NCBI GenBank assembly: GCA_051362555.1 | Contig: CM120643.1 | Location: 2,170,001-2,234,000 of the forward strand | Direction: 5' to 3' | DNA length: 64,000 nt | From: Lingula anatina | Lineage: Eukaryota > Animalia > Brachiopoda | Shown: positions 12,578 to 24,761 of the stretch, in pieces | Layout of the letters: each line of letters starts with the position of its first letter | How positions within the stretch are numbered: the stretch's first letter is position 1 | Notes under the pieces: model-generated | What the model was told of the DNA's origin: nothing | Seen by the model: the letters and a program-made list of their open reading frames with translations, nothing else | Databases searched by the model: none | Made by a program: the position numbers and the translations under genes

Positions 12578-15500
12578 CGACAAGTGCATAAAGTATTGAT
12601 TGGCCTTGATCTTAATTCCAGATGAAGATTATCAAATTTCGGAAATGAGACGCTGTGTTTTTGGAAATGATCAATTTTATTGAAGAAAATATGTTTATTT
12701 ACTAAAATCAACAATTGTAATTGAAAATGATAGAATTATATGATGAACGCTCATACTCAGGAAAAACATTTTATTTTAATTTTCTGCATTGCACTGTTAT
12801 AAATGGCACCTCCCCTTTGATTTAAAAAAAAAATCACACCAATGGTCCCCTACTGAAATTAGAATTTTGAATAGCTGAATCATAATTGAAAACCGTACCA
12901 AATGGCACAGTTTGCCCTATAAAATACAAATTAAAATACCACGGACACCCCTTTAAACAATCCTGTCTTTTGCATCGTAAGGTCTGGGGAGTGTGGTCAT
13001 TTTTCATAGGACTACAGTCAGGGTTCTTTCTGACGTCCTTTTCATCAGTGATCGATTCCCACCGATAACATGAAAATACACATGTAGAGCAATGAAGATC
13101 CCGATTCAATCTGATTTTGCTCAGGGCTTATACACCCGCCGTCACCTCTTTATTGTCACAAAATTTTGCTTTCTTTATCATTTTTATCTCATTAATGTAT
13201 ATTGTGTCTCAATATTGCGCATTTGATGGCAGAAGTAATGAAGTAAGTAGGCAGCAAAACTTCGATTTGCCTGTATAGTTTGAACATAAAACACTAAGTG
13301 CATTAATAATTGACTAGTTTTCTCCACATTTCATCTTCTTTCTAGATGAAGTTTATCAAGCTTCGAAAATGAGACGCAGTATTTTGGGAAATACAAGATT
13401 ACATTTATTTGAGTTATTCTGTTTACCTAGTATTTTCTCAAGAAACCAATTGCAAGAAAATTATGATATTTTACATGCTTTTTTCAGTATTTCAACACTT
13501 AAATGGGCACCCGGTGAAATTATAAAAATTACCAAATGAATTGCCTCTGTTAGTTTTCATGCAGTTTTAATTTATAATATAACATGTTGAGCTATTGAGA
13601 GCCCAGTTCAACATGTTTCTGTTCATGCCTTCTACAGCCGCCTCCATATCTTTATTCTCAGATAATTTTGCTAACTTTCTTTATCATTTCCATCTAATTA
13701 ATGTATATTTTCTCTCAATACTATTACAATAAATGGTGTATTTCAAATAAAAAAAAGATCAGCATCATGTACTGTATTAAGCCATATAGCTACCTGTTAC
13801 TATGCTAACCTGTTTGTGGTAAGGGAGAAATATGCCTGTAACACGATGTCGGCGTAATACTGTAGAACAGTCTCGTTTTCTCTAATTTTCTCTCTCTGTC
13901 TCTTAATTCCGTGGTTATAAGAATCAAGGCTTTTCCATTCTTTCACCCATTGTGGTGATATGTGCCAATACCTTGGAACGTTATCTTTGCAAGACAGCTT
14001 GGTCTTGTCACATACCCGTACTGTCGGAAAATAGTGTTGTAGTATTATGCTAGAACATTTCTGTAAGGCAGATGTGAGTTGACTTTCAAACTGCAGTTCA
14101 AGTACCAGGTAAATCATGAGAAAGCCCATGTCCACGGTAGATATCTATAGGACACCTGGAGTACCAGGTGTAGCATCAGATAGCCCATGTCCACGGTAGA
14201 TATCTATAGGACACCTGGAGTACCAGGTATAGCATCAGATAGCCCATGTCCACGGTAGATATCTATAGGACACCTGGAGTACCAGGTATAGCATCAGATA
14301 GCCCATGTCCACGGTAGATATCAATAGGACACCTGGAGTACCAGGTATAGCATCAGATAGCCCATGTCCACGGTAGATATCTATAGGACACCTGGAGTAC
14401 CAGGTATAGCATCAGATAGCCCATGTCCACGGTAGATATCTATAGGACACCTGGAGTACCAGGTATAGCATCAGATAGCCCATGTCCACGGTAGATATCT
14501 ATAGGACACCTGGAGTACCAGGTATAGCATCAGATAGCCCATGTCCACGGTAGATATCTATAGGACACCTGGAGTACCAGGTATAGCATCAGATAGCCCA
14601 TGTCCACGGTAGATATCTATAGGACACCTGGAGTACCAGGTATAGCATCAGATAGCCCATGTCCACTGTAGATATATCTATAGGACACCTGGAGTACCAG
14701 GTATAGCATCAGATAGCCCATGTCCACGGTAGAAATCAATAGGACACCTGGAGTACCAGGTATAGCATCAGATAGCTCATGTCCACGGTAGATATCTATA
14801 GGACACCTGGAGTACCAGGTATAGCATCAGATAGCCCATGTCCACGGTAGATATCTATAGGACACCTGGAGTACCAGGTAATGCATCAGATAGCCCATGT
14901 CCACGGTAGATGTCTATAGGACACCTGGAGTACCAGGTATAGCATCAGATAGCCCATGTCCGCGGTAGATCTCTATAGGACACCTGGAGTACCAGGTATA
15001 GCATAAGATAGGCCAAGTCCACGGTGGATTATGGTATCTATAGGACACCAGGATTAGGTGTTGTTTTGATTCTAACACCTGTTATCCAACCTTGGACAAG
15101 GTCTGTTGGAAGACGAAAGAATCGTTAACTATTCACCGCATTTCTCATGCGACGCCAGAAAGTAATAAAGTAAGTAGGCAGCAAAGCTTCTTTTTGCCTG
15201 TATAGTTTGAACATAAAACAAGTGCATAAAGTATTCATCGGCCTTGATCTTAATTCTAGATGAAGATTATCAAATTTCGGAAATTTGACGCTATGTTTTT
15301 GGAAATGAAAAAATTTATTGAAGAAAATATGTTTATTTACTATAATCAACAATTGCAAGTGAAAATGATAGAATTATATGATGAACGCTCATACTCAGGA
15401 AAAAACATTTTATTTTAATTTTCTGTATTGTTATAAATGGCACCTCCCCTTTGATTAAAAAAATCACACCAATGGTCCCCCTCTTGAAATTAGAATTTTG

Positions 15501-16800
15501 ACTAGCTGAATCATAATGCTAAACCGTACCAAATGGCACAGCTTGCCTTATAAAATACAAATTAAAATACCACGGACACACCTTCAAACAATCCTGTCTT
15601 TTGCATCATAAGGTCTGGGGAGTGTGGTCATTTTTCATAGGACTACAGTTAGGGTTCTTGCTGACGTCCTTTTCATCAGTGATCTATTCCCACTTATAAC
15701 ATGAAAATACACACGTAGAGCAACGAAGATTCAATCTGATTCTGCTCAGGGCTTCTACACCCGCCGTCACCTCTTTATTATCACAAAATTTTGCTTTCTT
15801 TATCATTTCTATCTCATTAATGTATATTGTGTCTCAATATTGCACATTTGATGGCAGAAGTAATGCAGTAAGTATGCAGCAAAACTTCTATTTGCCTGTA
15901 TAGTTTGAATATAAAACACTAAGTGCATAAATAATTGACCAGTTTTCTCCACATTTCATCTTCTTTTTAGATGAAGTTATCAAGCTTCGAAAATGGGACG
16001 CTGATTTTTGGGAGATAAATGATTACTTTTATTTAAGTAATTCTGTTTACCTAGTATTTTCTCAAGAAACCAATTGCAAGAAAATTATGATATTTTACAT
16101 GCTTTTTTCAGTATTTCAACACTTAAATGGGCACCCGGTGAAATTATAAAAATTGCCAAATGAATTGCCTCTGTTAGTTTTCATGCAGTTTTAATTTATA
16201 ATATAACATGTAGAGCTATTGAGAGCCCAGTTCAACATGTTTCTGTTCATGCCTTCTACAGCCGCCTCCATATCTTTATTCTCAGATAATTTTGCTAACT
16301 TTCTTTATCATTTCCATCTAATTAATATATATTTTCTCTCAATACTATTACAATAAATGGTGTATTTCAAATAAAAAAAAGATCAGCATCATGTACTGTA
16401 TTAAGTCATATAGCTACCTGTTACTATGCGTACCTGTTTGTGGTAAGGGAGAAATATGCCTGTAACACGATGTCGATGAAATACTGTAGAACAGTCTCTT
16501 TTTCTCTAATTTTCTCTCTCTGTCTCTTAATTCCGTGGTTATAACAATCAAGGCTTTTCCATTCTTTCACCCATTGTGGTGTTATGTGCCAATACCTGGC
16601 TCTAGGAAGAGCTCATGTCTCATGTCTGCCTCAACATTCCACACACTCAACCGTGCCTTGGAACATTATCTTTGCAAGACAGCTTGGTCTTGTCACATAC
16701 CCGTACCGTCTAAGAACAGTGTTGTAGTATTATACTACAATATCATATGTAAGGTACATGGGAGTTGAATTTAAAACTGCGTCTCGACACACTTTGTAGC
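12578..16800 (+). repeat. Tandem segmental duplication: ~12578-14100 repeated at ~15220-16800; partial copies at ~7790-8400 and ~21840-22620
   Basis: Near-identical long blocks, e.g. the 13501 line vs ~16126-16185, and gatcagcatcatgtactgtattaag at 13757 and 16381. Confidence 0.9.
14100..15050 (+). repeat. 59-bp tandem repeat array 2 (~16 units)
   Basis: Same unit as array 1; a one-base shift per 60-nt line confirms the 59-bp period. Confidence 0.97.
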
Positions 16801-17124
16801 TACTTCATATCATTTACAAACGTTTTCTTATTTAAAGAGATCATCACCTTATGGATACTTCAAATCACTGTATATTTAGGTGAATGGACGTATAATTGCC
16901 AGCTTTTCTGTATTCTACTCAACGTCAGAAGGAAACGTTTTCATCTGTCAATCTGATTGAAATTCAGCAAGTGTCCCCGTGGAGTTATATTGCATAGCAG
17001 ACAGGTCGATAAATAAATGGTGAACGGACCTTTATCTGGTATCCAGGGTTATATCCTAAGCCCTATTTCCCAATTTAACACCATGATTTTGGGTTGGTTG
17101 CTTTTACTCGTTATGTAAATTGTT

Positions 17125-17435
17125 AGGACACCTGGAGTACCAGGTATAGCATCAGATAGCCCATGTCCACGGTATATATCTATAGGACACCTGGAGTACC
17201 AGATATAGCATCAGATAGCCCATGTCCACGGTAGATATCTATAGGACACCGGGAGTACCAGATATAGCATCAGATAGCCCGTGTCCACGGTAGATATCTA
17301 TTGGACACCTGGAGTACCAGGTATAGCATCAGATAGCCCATGTCCACAAAAGATATCTATAGGACACCTGGAATACCAGGTATAGCATCAGATAGCCCAT
17401 GTCCACTGTAGATGTTTACAGGACACCTGGAGTAC
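17125..17435 (+). repeat. 59-bp tandem repeat array 3 (~5 units)
   Basis: Same unit, followed by a diverged copy of the same right flank (gtgttgttttg..ctgtta.c.aacct). Confidence 0.95.
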
Positions 17436-17998
17436 GTGTTGTTTTGCTTTCACCAACTGTTATCTAACCTCGCTCAAGGTTTGTGGGAAGACATAAGGCT
17501 CATCACTTATTTACCGCATTACGCATACGCCATCTGAGACATTATTTTTTACTTTCTTTGCGTTTCAGCCCTATCGATGACGTGTGCAATATCACGTACA
17601 GCATCATTCTATCCACCATAGAGCAGAGGGAGGCCGAAGACGACTGTAGAATTTTTACGTCAGTGAAAATATAGTTCTGTTTTCATTAGCTTCTAAAGTA
17701 ACTGCCTTTTTATTCCGAAATCTGACTGAACTTGGTTTTTGTTGTCAGACAAAAAAATACCATCAACCTTAGGGTTCCTAGATTCAAAGCATTCCATTCA
17801 AGAAAATCGTTATGCTGTCTTTCATGTCCTGTACTATATCGACTACCGGACCTATCTTTAAGATGTTTCGACTTCTGTATGGATACAAATGATCGATTAA
17901 AAAAAGAAAAATGCTAACTCTTTTCCAGACTCATTAAAACTAAAGAAAAAGTCACAATATAGAGACACGTGTGGAAATCAACATGTTAAAAAATTCGA

Positions 17999-18084
17999 TG
18001 ACATCAACATTAATATTCATCTAAACGCCTATTGGTAGCTTCTATTCCACCTCAGTAAAGTTAAATGAACTTGAGAACTATAAA
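17999..18084 (+). promoter_or_regulatory. Proximal promoter of VWD gene B: CRE-like, inverted CCAAT, TATA
   Basis: TGACATCA at 17999-18006, ATTGG at 18031-18035, TATAAA at 18079-18084. The TATA box is 50 nt from the ATG, as in copy A. Confidence 0.6.
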
Positions 18085-18128
18085 CGTCCCCACACCGACA
18101 ACAGCTGAGATATCTGCTTACCGACATC

Positions 18129-19548
18129 ATGGATCGACAGCTTATTTCCTTGGCTGTGGCTATACTTCTGGCTTACGTTGGGCCTGGTAGGGTTGTAGAG
18201 GCGGTTCTCACTCCCCAGCAGATTGAAAACGAGCTAGCGCCACATGTAGGAAACACTTCACATACACCACAGTTCAGCCCTAACGAAAGTAAGTAGACTA
18301 GACCAACTTACAATCAGGTCGGACGTGATTGTTGAACTTGTTCATCAACGTACACTTTAGAGCCTCTACAATAATTTTGTTGCCATTGGGAAGAGATAAA
18401 TGTTGCTCTTCTTGGGTGCCAAGCGAGTGTAAAATATTTGCTATGTTGTGGAATCGAATCACTTGATTTTTTTATTTTTATGGTTCTATGGGTGTATACT
18501 GTAGTTATTGATTTGTTCAAAGAATCAATCGCGAGTGCAAATAGTTTCCTACCCATAGGTCAAATACTACGCCCTTGCTTCCCCTTACTTTACTTACTTT
18601 TTGGGGAGTTAGTGTTTATGTTGGACGGAATAGTAGGCAAAAGGGTGGCTGGATTTGTTGCCACCCTTCATATTTACTTGTGCTTTCCAAAGATTACATG
18701 CGTTTTAATTGGCACTTATTGATACTCAAACTTGAAATTCTGTGTACTTTCAGTTAGGAATAGCACCTGTTGGGGACGAGGCGATGTACGTTACCGTACA
18801 CTGGACGGTCTGGAGTTCTCCTATAACACCCCTAATACTAAACGTGGCATCATGGTCATGCCCTGGAGGCTTCTTCCCTGGTGGGTGGTTACGATTCAAG
18901 AATTCTTTAATGGGGGACCGAAAACGCGCATCGATGAAGTCTACGTTAGGTGTTCAGGCCAATACTTTAGGGCTGACTTAGGTCATACTGTGGCATTGTG
19001 GGTGAGTCTTCTTCCCAATAGTTTCCAATCCAGTGAACACATTTTGTATTAAGCTGTCGATTATGTGTACCGTATCCCTTGTTGCCCCCTTCTAACTCTC
19101 TCGTTAGATATTTTATGCAAAGCAATTTAGAGCTATGGCCACAGTCCTCTGTTTACTGCGTGTGTTGTAATTGTTCTCAATACTTGTAAATATAGTCCAT
19201 TGCGCTAGACATTTACTAGCATATTTGTTTGCATTTTGCTTCCAGTATTGGTCCGGGACTGTGTGGGTTGCAATTCCACCACCACCACCACCACTCATAT
19301 TTGCCGGAGGAGATGTTACCGTTGGTGCTTTTGCTCCAAGAGGTTTCACAATATCTTGCCATGCCGTTCCAATGACTGTCAATGTCTATCTGCACTCTGT
19401 CCGGATAACCATGACCCCCTTACACTCCGCCGCTAATTTAGGAGTACGTGGAATTTGCGGAGACTACAATGGTGATGAGACAAACGACTATTCTAACCTA
19501 GAGCCACTCATCCTTCCGCTATGGAAACCTCTCTTGGTACCTCCATAA
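18129..19548 (+). CDS. Secreted single-VWD-domain-like protein, copy B (exons 18129-18288, 18754-19001, 19246-19548; 236 aa)
   Basis: Signal-peptide-like MDRQLISLAVAILLAYVGPGRVVEA. Canonical gtaagt/ttcag (phase 1) and gtgagt/tccag (phase 0) junctions keep the frame open. Motifs TCWGRGDVRYRTLDG and RGICGDYNGDETND mark a VWD domain. Confidence 0.8.
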
Positions 19549-21184
19549 GTATAAACGAAACGCGGACAGTGACAAGGATAAACGAGACTTGAATATGGAC
19601 AAACAGAACGCGAAGGTAAACACAGACAACAAACCGGAATAAAACCCATAAGAATAAGGACAATGATTTCTGAAAATGGGGAACGCTAACTGCAATTTCA
19701 CCTCCCTTACTTAATTTATTGATGATTGGGTGACACGGTTAGGATTGCAGATAAACATTTAGATAATTTTCCAGATAACATTGTCGCTTACTTGTTTATT
19801 CGTTTATTTATTTTTAACAGTAAACAGAGTGCTTATGGACAAATTGTAAGTGAAGACATGTTGTGGTTGTGCAGTATTATATAAAGTCTTGTGACGGTAT
19901 TCCTAATTGTTATTTCTATATGATACACAGAAGATATAAATTTCTAACACCTACTTCAGGTTTAGCAATACTTGGGACATTTGTGTTATGTTTAAAACAA
20001 GTATCTGAAATGAGTGACGTAATAGAAAATTGCTCAAACATATAGGATCTTAATCAGTCCCATCATGTAATGATGCTTCATTCTAAATTTAAAAAGTTCT
20101 GGTAGCTAAATACTTTGGCCTTCAATTAGAATGTTCTTTTATGTTTTCCGATGTGTTCTTTTCTCTTTGAAATGTATACTTTACTATAGAAATTGCATAG
20201 AAGGTGCTTATGGGTAAATTACTTCAGTGAGACAATTTAAAGGTTGTGCGAAATCTCATTCATTTTTTGTTTATTGTTAATTTTATGTGGACTTATAGAA
20301 TAGTTTGTATATGACAGGAATTGAAATCGAAACACCCAATTCGACAGTTAAGAATGCACGGGATATATGTGTTGCGTAAAAGTGATATTTCTGAGATATC
20401 ATTTGCAGATTTCACAGTGATACAACTACTGGAAGCCAGCAGGGTGATAGAAAAAAAGGTTTTTAATCATTTCCATCTTTCAGCTTTGCTTAAATTCTAA
20501 ATAAAGGGCGTAAACAGCCAGTTGTTTCCCATCTTTTCTTCCAGAGATAAAAGATTGCAAGAAAACCAATTGTCCTTAACATCGTCAAGCAAACCGCCAG
20601 AGGCAACTGATTTCTTAACTGACCACAAACCACCGCGTCAAAAATAAAATTTTGCAACTTATAATACGAGGGCAAAAGCGAGGTAAACATGGTCCAAAGG
20701 GTCCCGAAGCTTTGATTGCTGCTGCTCGTGGGATATTTGCTGAGGGATACCAGAGTGAAGGGACGGCATAGTGGGATGGTCCAGGGGGTTAAACTGTTAA
20801 ACTGATTGCATTCAGAGTGTCCGTGGTGTTGGATCGATATGCGTAGACTGGTGGTGTCTATAGGAATGGGGTCGTTAGTCATTTGGACAAGAAAGTCGGT
20901 CAAATTCAGGCGTGCCACATAATTTCTTACTACATTGTATAATTATGCTTTTTCAAAGGAATAGGTTTTTTTTTTTGGTGGTTTGGGGGGGAGAGGGGCT
21001 GAGTCCACATAGATATTATGAATTAATTTAGCTATGTGCAAGTATGTGTGTTTTGCACAGACATCTGCATTGAAGAAATGCGCAGGAGGGGGCTCCTGAC
21101 CAGTCTCAAGGTCTCGAACTCTTTTGTAAAATCCTTTTTATCGCAGATGCAGATTGTGTTTTTCCATCGCATCTAACGCAATAA

Positions 21185-21285
21185 CCGCCACCACGGGTGT
21201 AGCACATCTAATGCAATGACTGCCGCCACGGGTGTAGCACATCTAATGCAATGACTGCCGCCACGGGTGTAGCACATCTAACGCC
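21185..21285 (+). repeat. 35-bp tandem repeat (~3 units)
   Basis: ccgccacgggtgtagcacatctaatgcaatgactg repeated. Confidence 0.85.
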
Positions 21286-24200
21286 GCCTCTAGGCGATAA
21301 CAACGATCCCTATTTTCATCATTGTTTTTTTTTATCTAAGTGGTTAAAATGGCTTAATTTTTATAAATAACACTTAAAGAGTTGAGGTAAAATGTGATGA
21401 AACTTACACCAAAAGTTATCAAACTCCCTCATTAATATTTTTTTTATATGTTGGACTGTGGCATTACACTATACAGACCGATCTATGTTTTTTTATCATT
21501 AAAAAGATATTTTGAGTGAACGTAGCGAAAACTATTTCGTCACAAATGGCAAGATTACTCACATAAGATATTTTGATGGACTATCGATGATTTTCATAAG
21601 TTGAAAGGTGACACAGACGTCGATTTTTTTAAAAAAAGTTTGAGAAAATGATATTTTACTTCTTCTATTCACCAAACAGGCTAATGGAAAATTTTAAACA
21701 CATCAGTGAAAGTTTTTTAACATATCGCTTAAAAAAAGGATCTTGAGAAAACCTGCCCTAATTCTAAATACGACTCATTGACTCATATTAGACTACAATT
21801 AATTCTGAGCTTATTTTTTGTTGCAAAAATAAAATAACTGTGCCTCTGAACGAGTTCTTAAAATCTCGCTTCGACCTCACCCACTGTTTTTTCCCTCATA
21901 TTCTATGATGCTTAAACGTATATAAATTATTCATCGTCTATTTAGCTAAAAACTCTCAACGACTAAAACCTCTTAATCTTCAAACATCAAAATCATTCAT
22001 TTATAATTAGCAAAGAGTCGATGTGCCTCTGCCTGTGTACAGACAGTACACTTTCACATAAAAAAGCCTTTGCTCACACCAGTCATTATAATAAGATATC
22101 TTTACAACACCTAAGAAAACCAACATCTTCATACAATTGTCTTTATAAAAAAACAATTTTATAAGGAATAAAGTGGAGCTCAGGTGAGGCCTGGCTGCTG
22201 CCAAGGGGTTTCTCGCTAAACTGTTTCAGCTTAAGCGGCTTAGATGTCTGGCTTGCCTACTGAAGCTGCTAAACGAAAATTAATTACCCCCTATACTGTA
22301 AAGCAGTCTCCCTTTCCCTAATTTTCTCTCTGTGTCTCTTTATCCTTGGTTTAAAGTCTCCGAGGATTTTCCATGCTTCCCCTTTGTTCGGTTCTTTGCC
22401 AATACCCGATTCTAGGAAGAACTCATGTCTTATGTCTGCCTCAAAACATCACACATTCAACCGTGCCTTGGAACATTATCTTTGCAAGACGGCTTGCTGT
22501 TGTCACACACCCGTACTATCTATGCACAAGGTTATTGTATTATACTTAATATTATATTTTTTGTAAAAAATGTAAATCTAAAACTGGGGTTATGTTCACG
22601 TAATACATATTTCAGACAATTGCGCCATCATTTAAGAGTTTGATTGTTACAGACGCCGCCATATGTATCTGACACCTTTTAAAATGTTATGTGCAGTCCC
22701 AGCCAGTGTAATGTATATTGTGAAATATTGAGATTTGTATTTAACAGAAATGCTCTAGGTCGAGAGCGTTAACAAAGAGTCAATCTGATTGTTTTAAGGC
22801 TAAGGAAATAATACAAAAGCCGTCTAGTCCAAAAAATTAATACAATAATTATTTCTGTTTACTGAAAAAAGCAGAGAGTTAAAAATCTTTTCAGTCTCCG
22901 GTAACTTTTTATTTTTTATTCAAAACTGACCATAAAATCTTGTATCAAGATTTTTAATATGATCAGTTAATTCTAATTGTAAAAAAATATTTAACCAAAT
23001 ATACCGGAACATATGATATTATAATTTATGTTTTAACCTATATCCATGCCAAAAAGCACAAACATTTCCGGTGGTTTTCAGAGAAACAAACTGCTTGACG
23101 TCAGTGTTTATTGGCAGGCAAGCGCGCCTGTGGTGATCCGCCTTAATCGAGCAGCACTCATGTTGTGATACAGCAGGAGATAAGAATAGCCACCATTTGA
23201 ATATCGATCCACTTCAACAGTTTTTATAGAAACATGGACCAAGATTGTCATGTTTCATTTTGTATATTGCAAATCCTCATATTAGTGTCAAGGAATTTAA
23301 ATCATCTGCTGGTAGGCAAAATTTACAACGAAATACCGTTTTTAGTTCAAAATTACCTACCTCAGCCATTGTTTAGACCAACTCTATAAAACCATTCCAT
23401 CGATCAACGTTAAGACCCGACGAGACAACAAATGTTTGAAACTTTGAAACTGTTTACGCCTGTTTTTCATCTCATCATTTCAAGATAAAATTAATTCCCC
23501 GAAAATATAATTCAACAAGCACATGCTGGAACTTCACATGTGATCGATGACAAACAAGTAGTAAACACAGCTTGTTCTTGTTTATGTTAAAATTTCAGTT
23601 ACTTATCTTTTTAAAGGAGATATAACACACTCGGGGGGGGGGTCTGTTTTAGTAGATCTTCGAGCAAGAGCGGAGTCGAGCGATGGACTAAGTCCTTCGG
23701 TCGCATCTATGACAATGACGTTAGCGTATATTTTGACCATGGCATTTCAACGGATAATGAATTTAAGTACCTGAACAAGGCATGGCATTTAAAAGGAAAG
23801 GAAAAGCAGCATGTATAAGCAGCATGTAAAAATTGAATTAAAGTTTAAAAAATGAAATACTTGTATATTGAGAAAGTTGTACAAAATCGGTCATGGAAAT
23901 AATAGTTATACATTAAATAAGACAACATTAAACCACCCATTAACTTCAGTTTATTACTGGTTATATATGTGCACGTCCACTGCACTGGGTAACAAAAATG
24001 GGACATGGACATCAAAATTTCAACATAGCACCGATCTTTTGAGCACGCTTTCCGCTTAGAATATGCAACGTATTTTGTTTTTTCTTTATAGATTTTGGAA
24101 AATGTAACATTGAACATATATAAATATTATCAGGGAAGAATACATTTAACTTCACAGAGTTTGGAAAGCACGCTGCAATCCTGAATCGGCGGTTAAGCAG

Positions 24201-24761
24201 CGATGACATGAAATCGTCTCGCGTGCGTTTCGCAGCAAAAAAGAAGTGGGAACCGGATATATCTCATTTAATTATTTTCATTTAATATTCGTGCGACCGG
24301 GTCATTACGTCATCAAAGAATATTTTTACTAGGTGCGCTAGGTCATTGGGCCGAATCTGTGAAATGTACAGATATTTTCCTGGTATTAACGCTGATAAAA
24401 ATAACAGCTGTTTATCCTGACTTTAAGACTGCAATGTGATTTCCCCCGCACAAACATCTGTGTACATTATATCATATCACAAAAAGCAGAAATTTTTCAA
24501 CTGTTGAATTTATGAGCACGGACATTTTATCACATCCACTTTCATAGTATGGACATGACAGTGACGCCAAGTAGACCTTTTCATAAGAAACCATCACCAT
24601 TTTTTCATTGATAATATCAATATCAACTTCATTGTCCAGTCTTTTGATGCTAGATATGATATTAGGAAGGTATTTAATAAAATAAAGCTTAGTTTACCAT
24701 TTTGCAATTCACTTCACAGCTGAACACAATAATTAATCTACAAGTTTGGTTAAAAGGAACA

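Noticed and set aside
14100-15050. 59-bp array as a CRISPR array
   Set aside because: Units are contiguous and near-identical with no unique spacers, there are no cas genes, and the context is eukaryotic.
14100-15050. 59-bp unit as a tandem hammerhead ribozyme (minus strand has CTGATG followed by a hairpin)
   Set aside because: The core reads CUGAUGC rather than CUGANGA, and no GAAA follows the stem.
20490-20918. 142-aa minus-strand ORF
   Set aside because: Non-ATG start, no recognisable domain, and the frame is not evidently preserved in the homologous flank at ~1150-1850.
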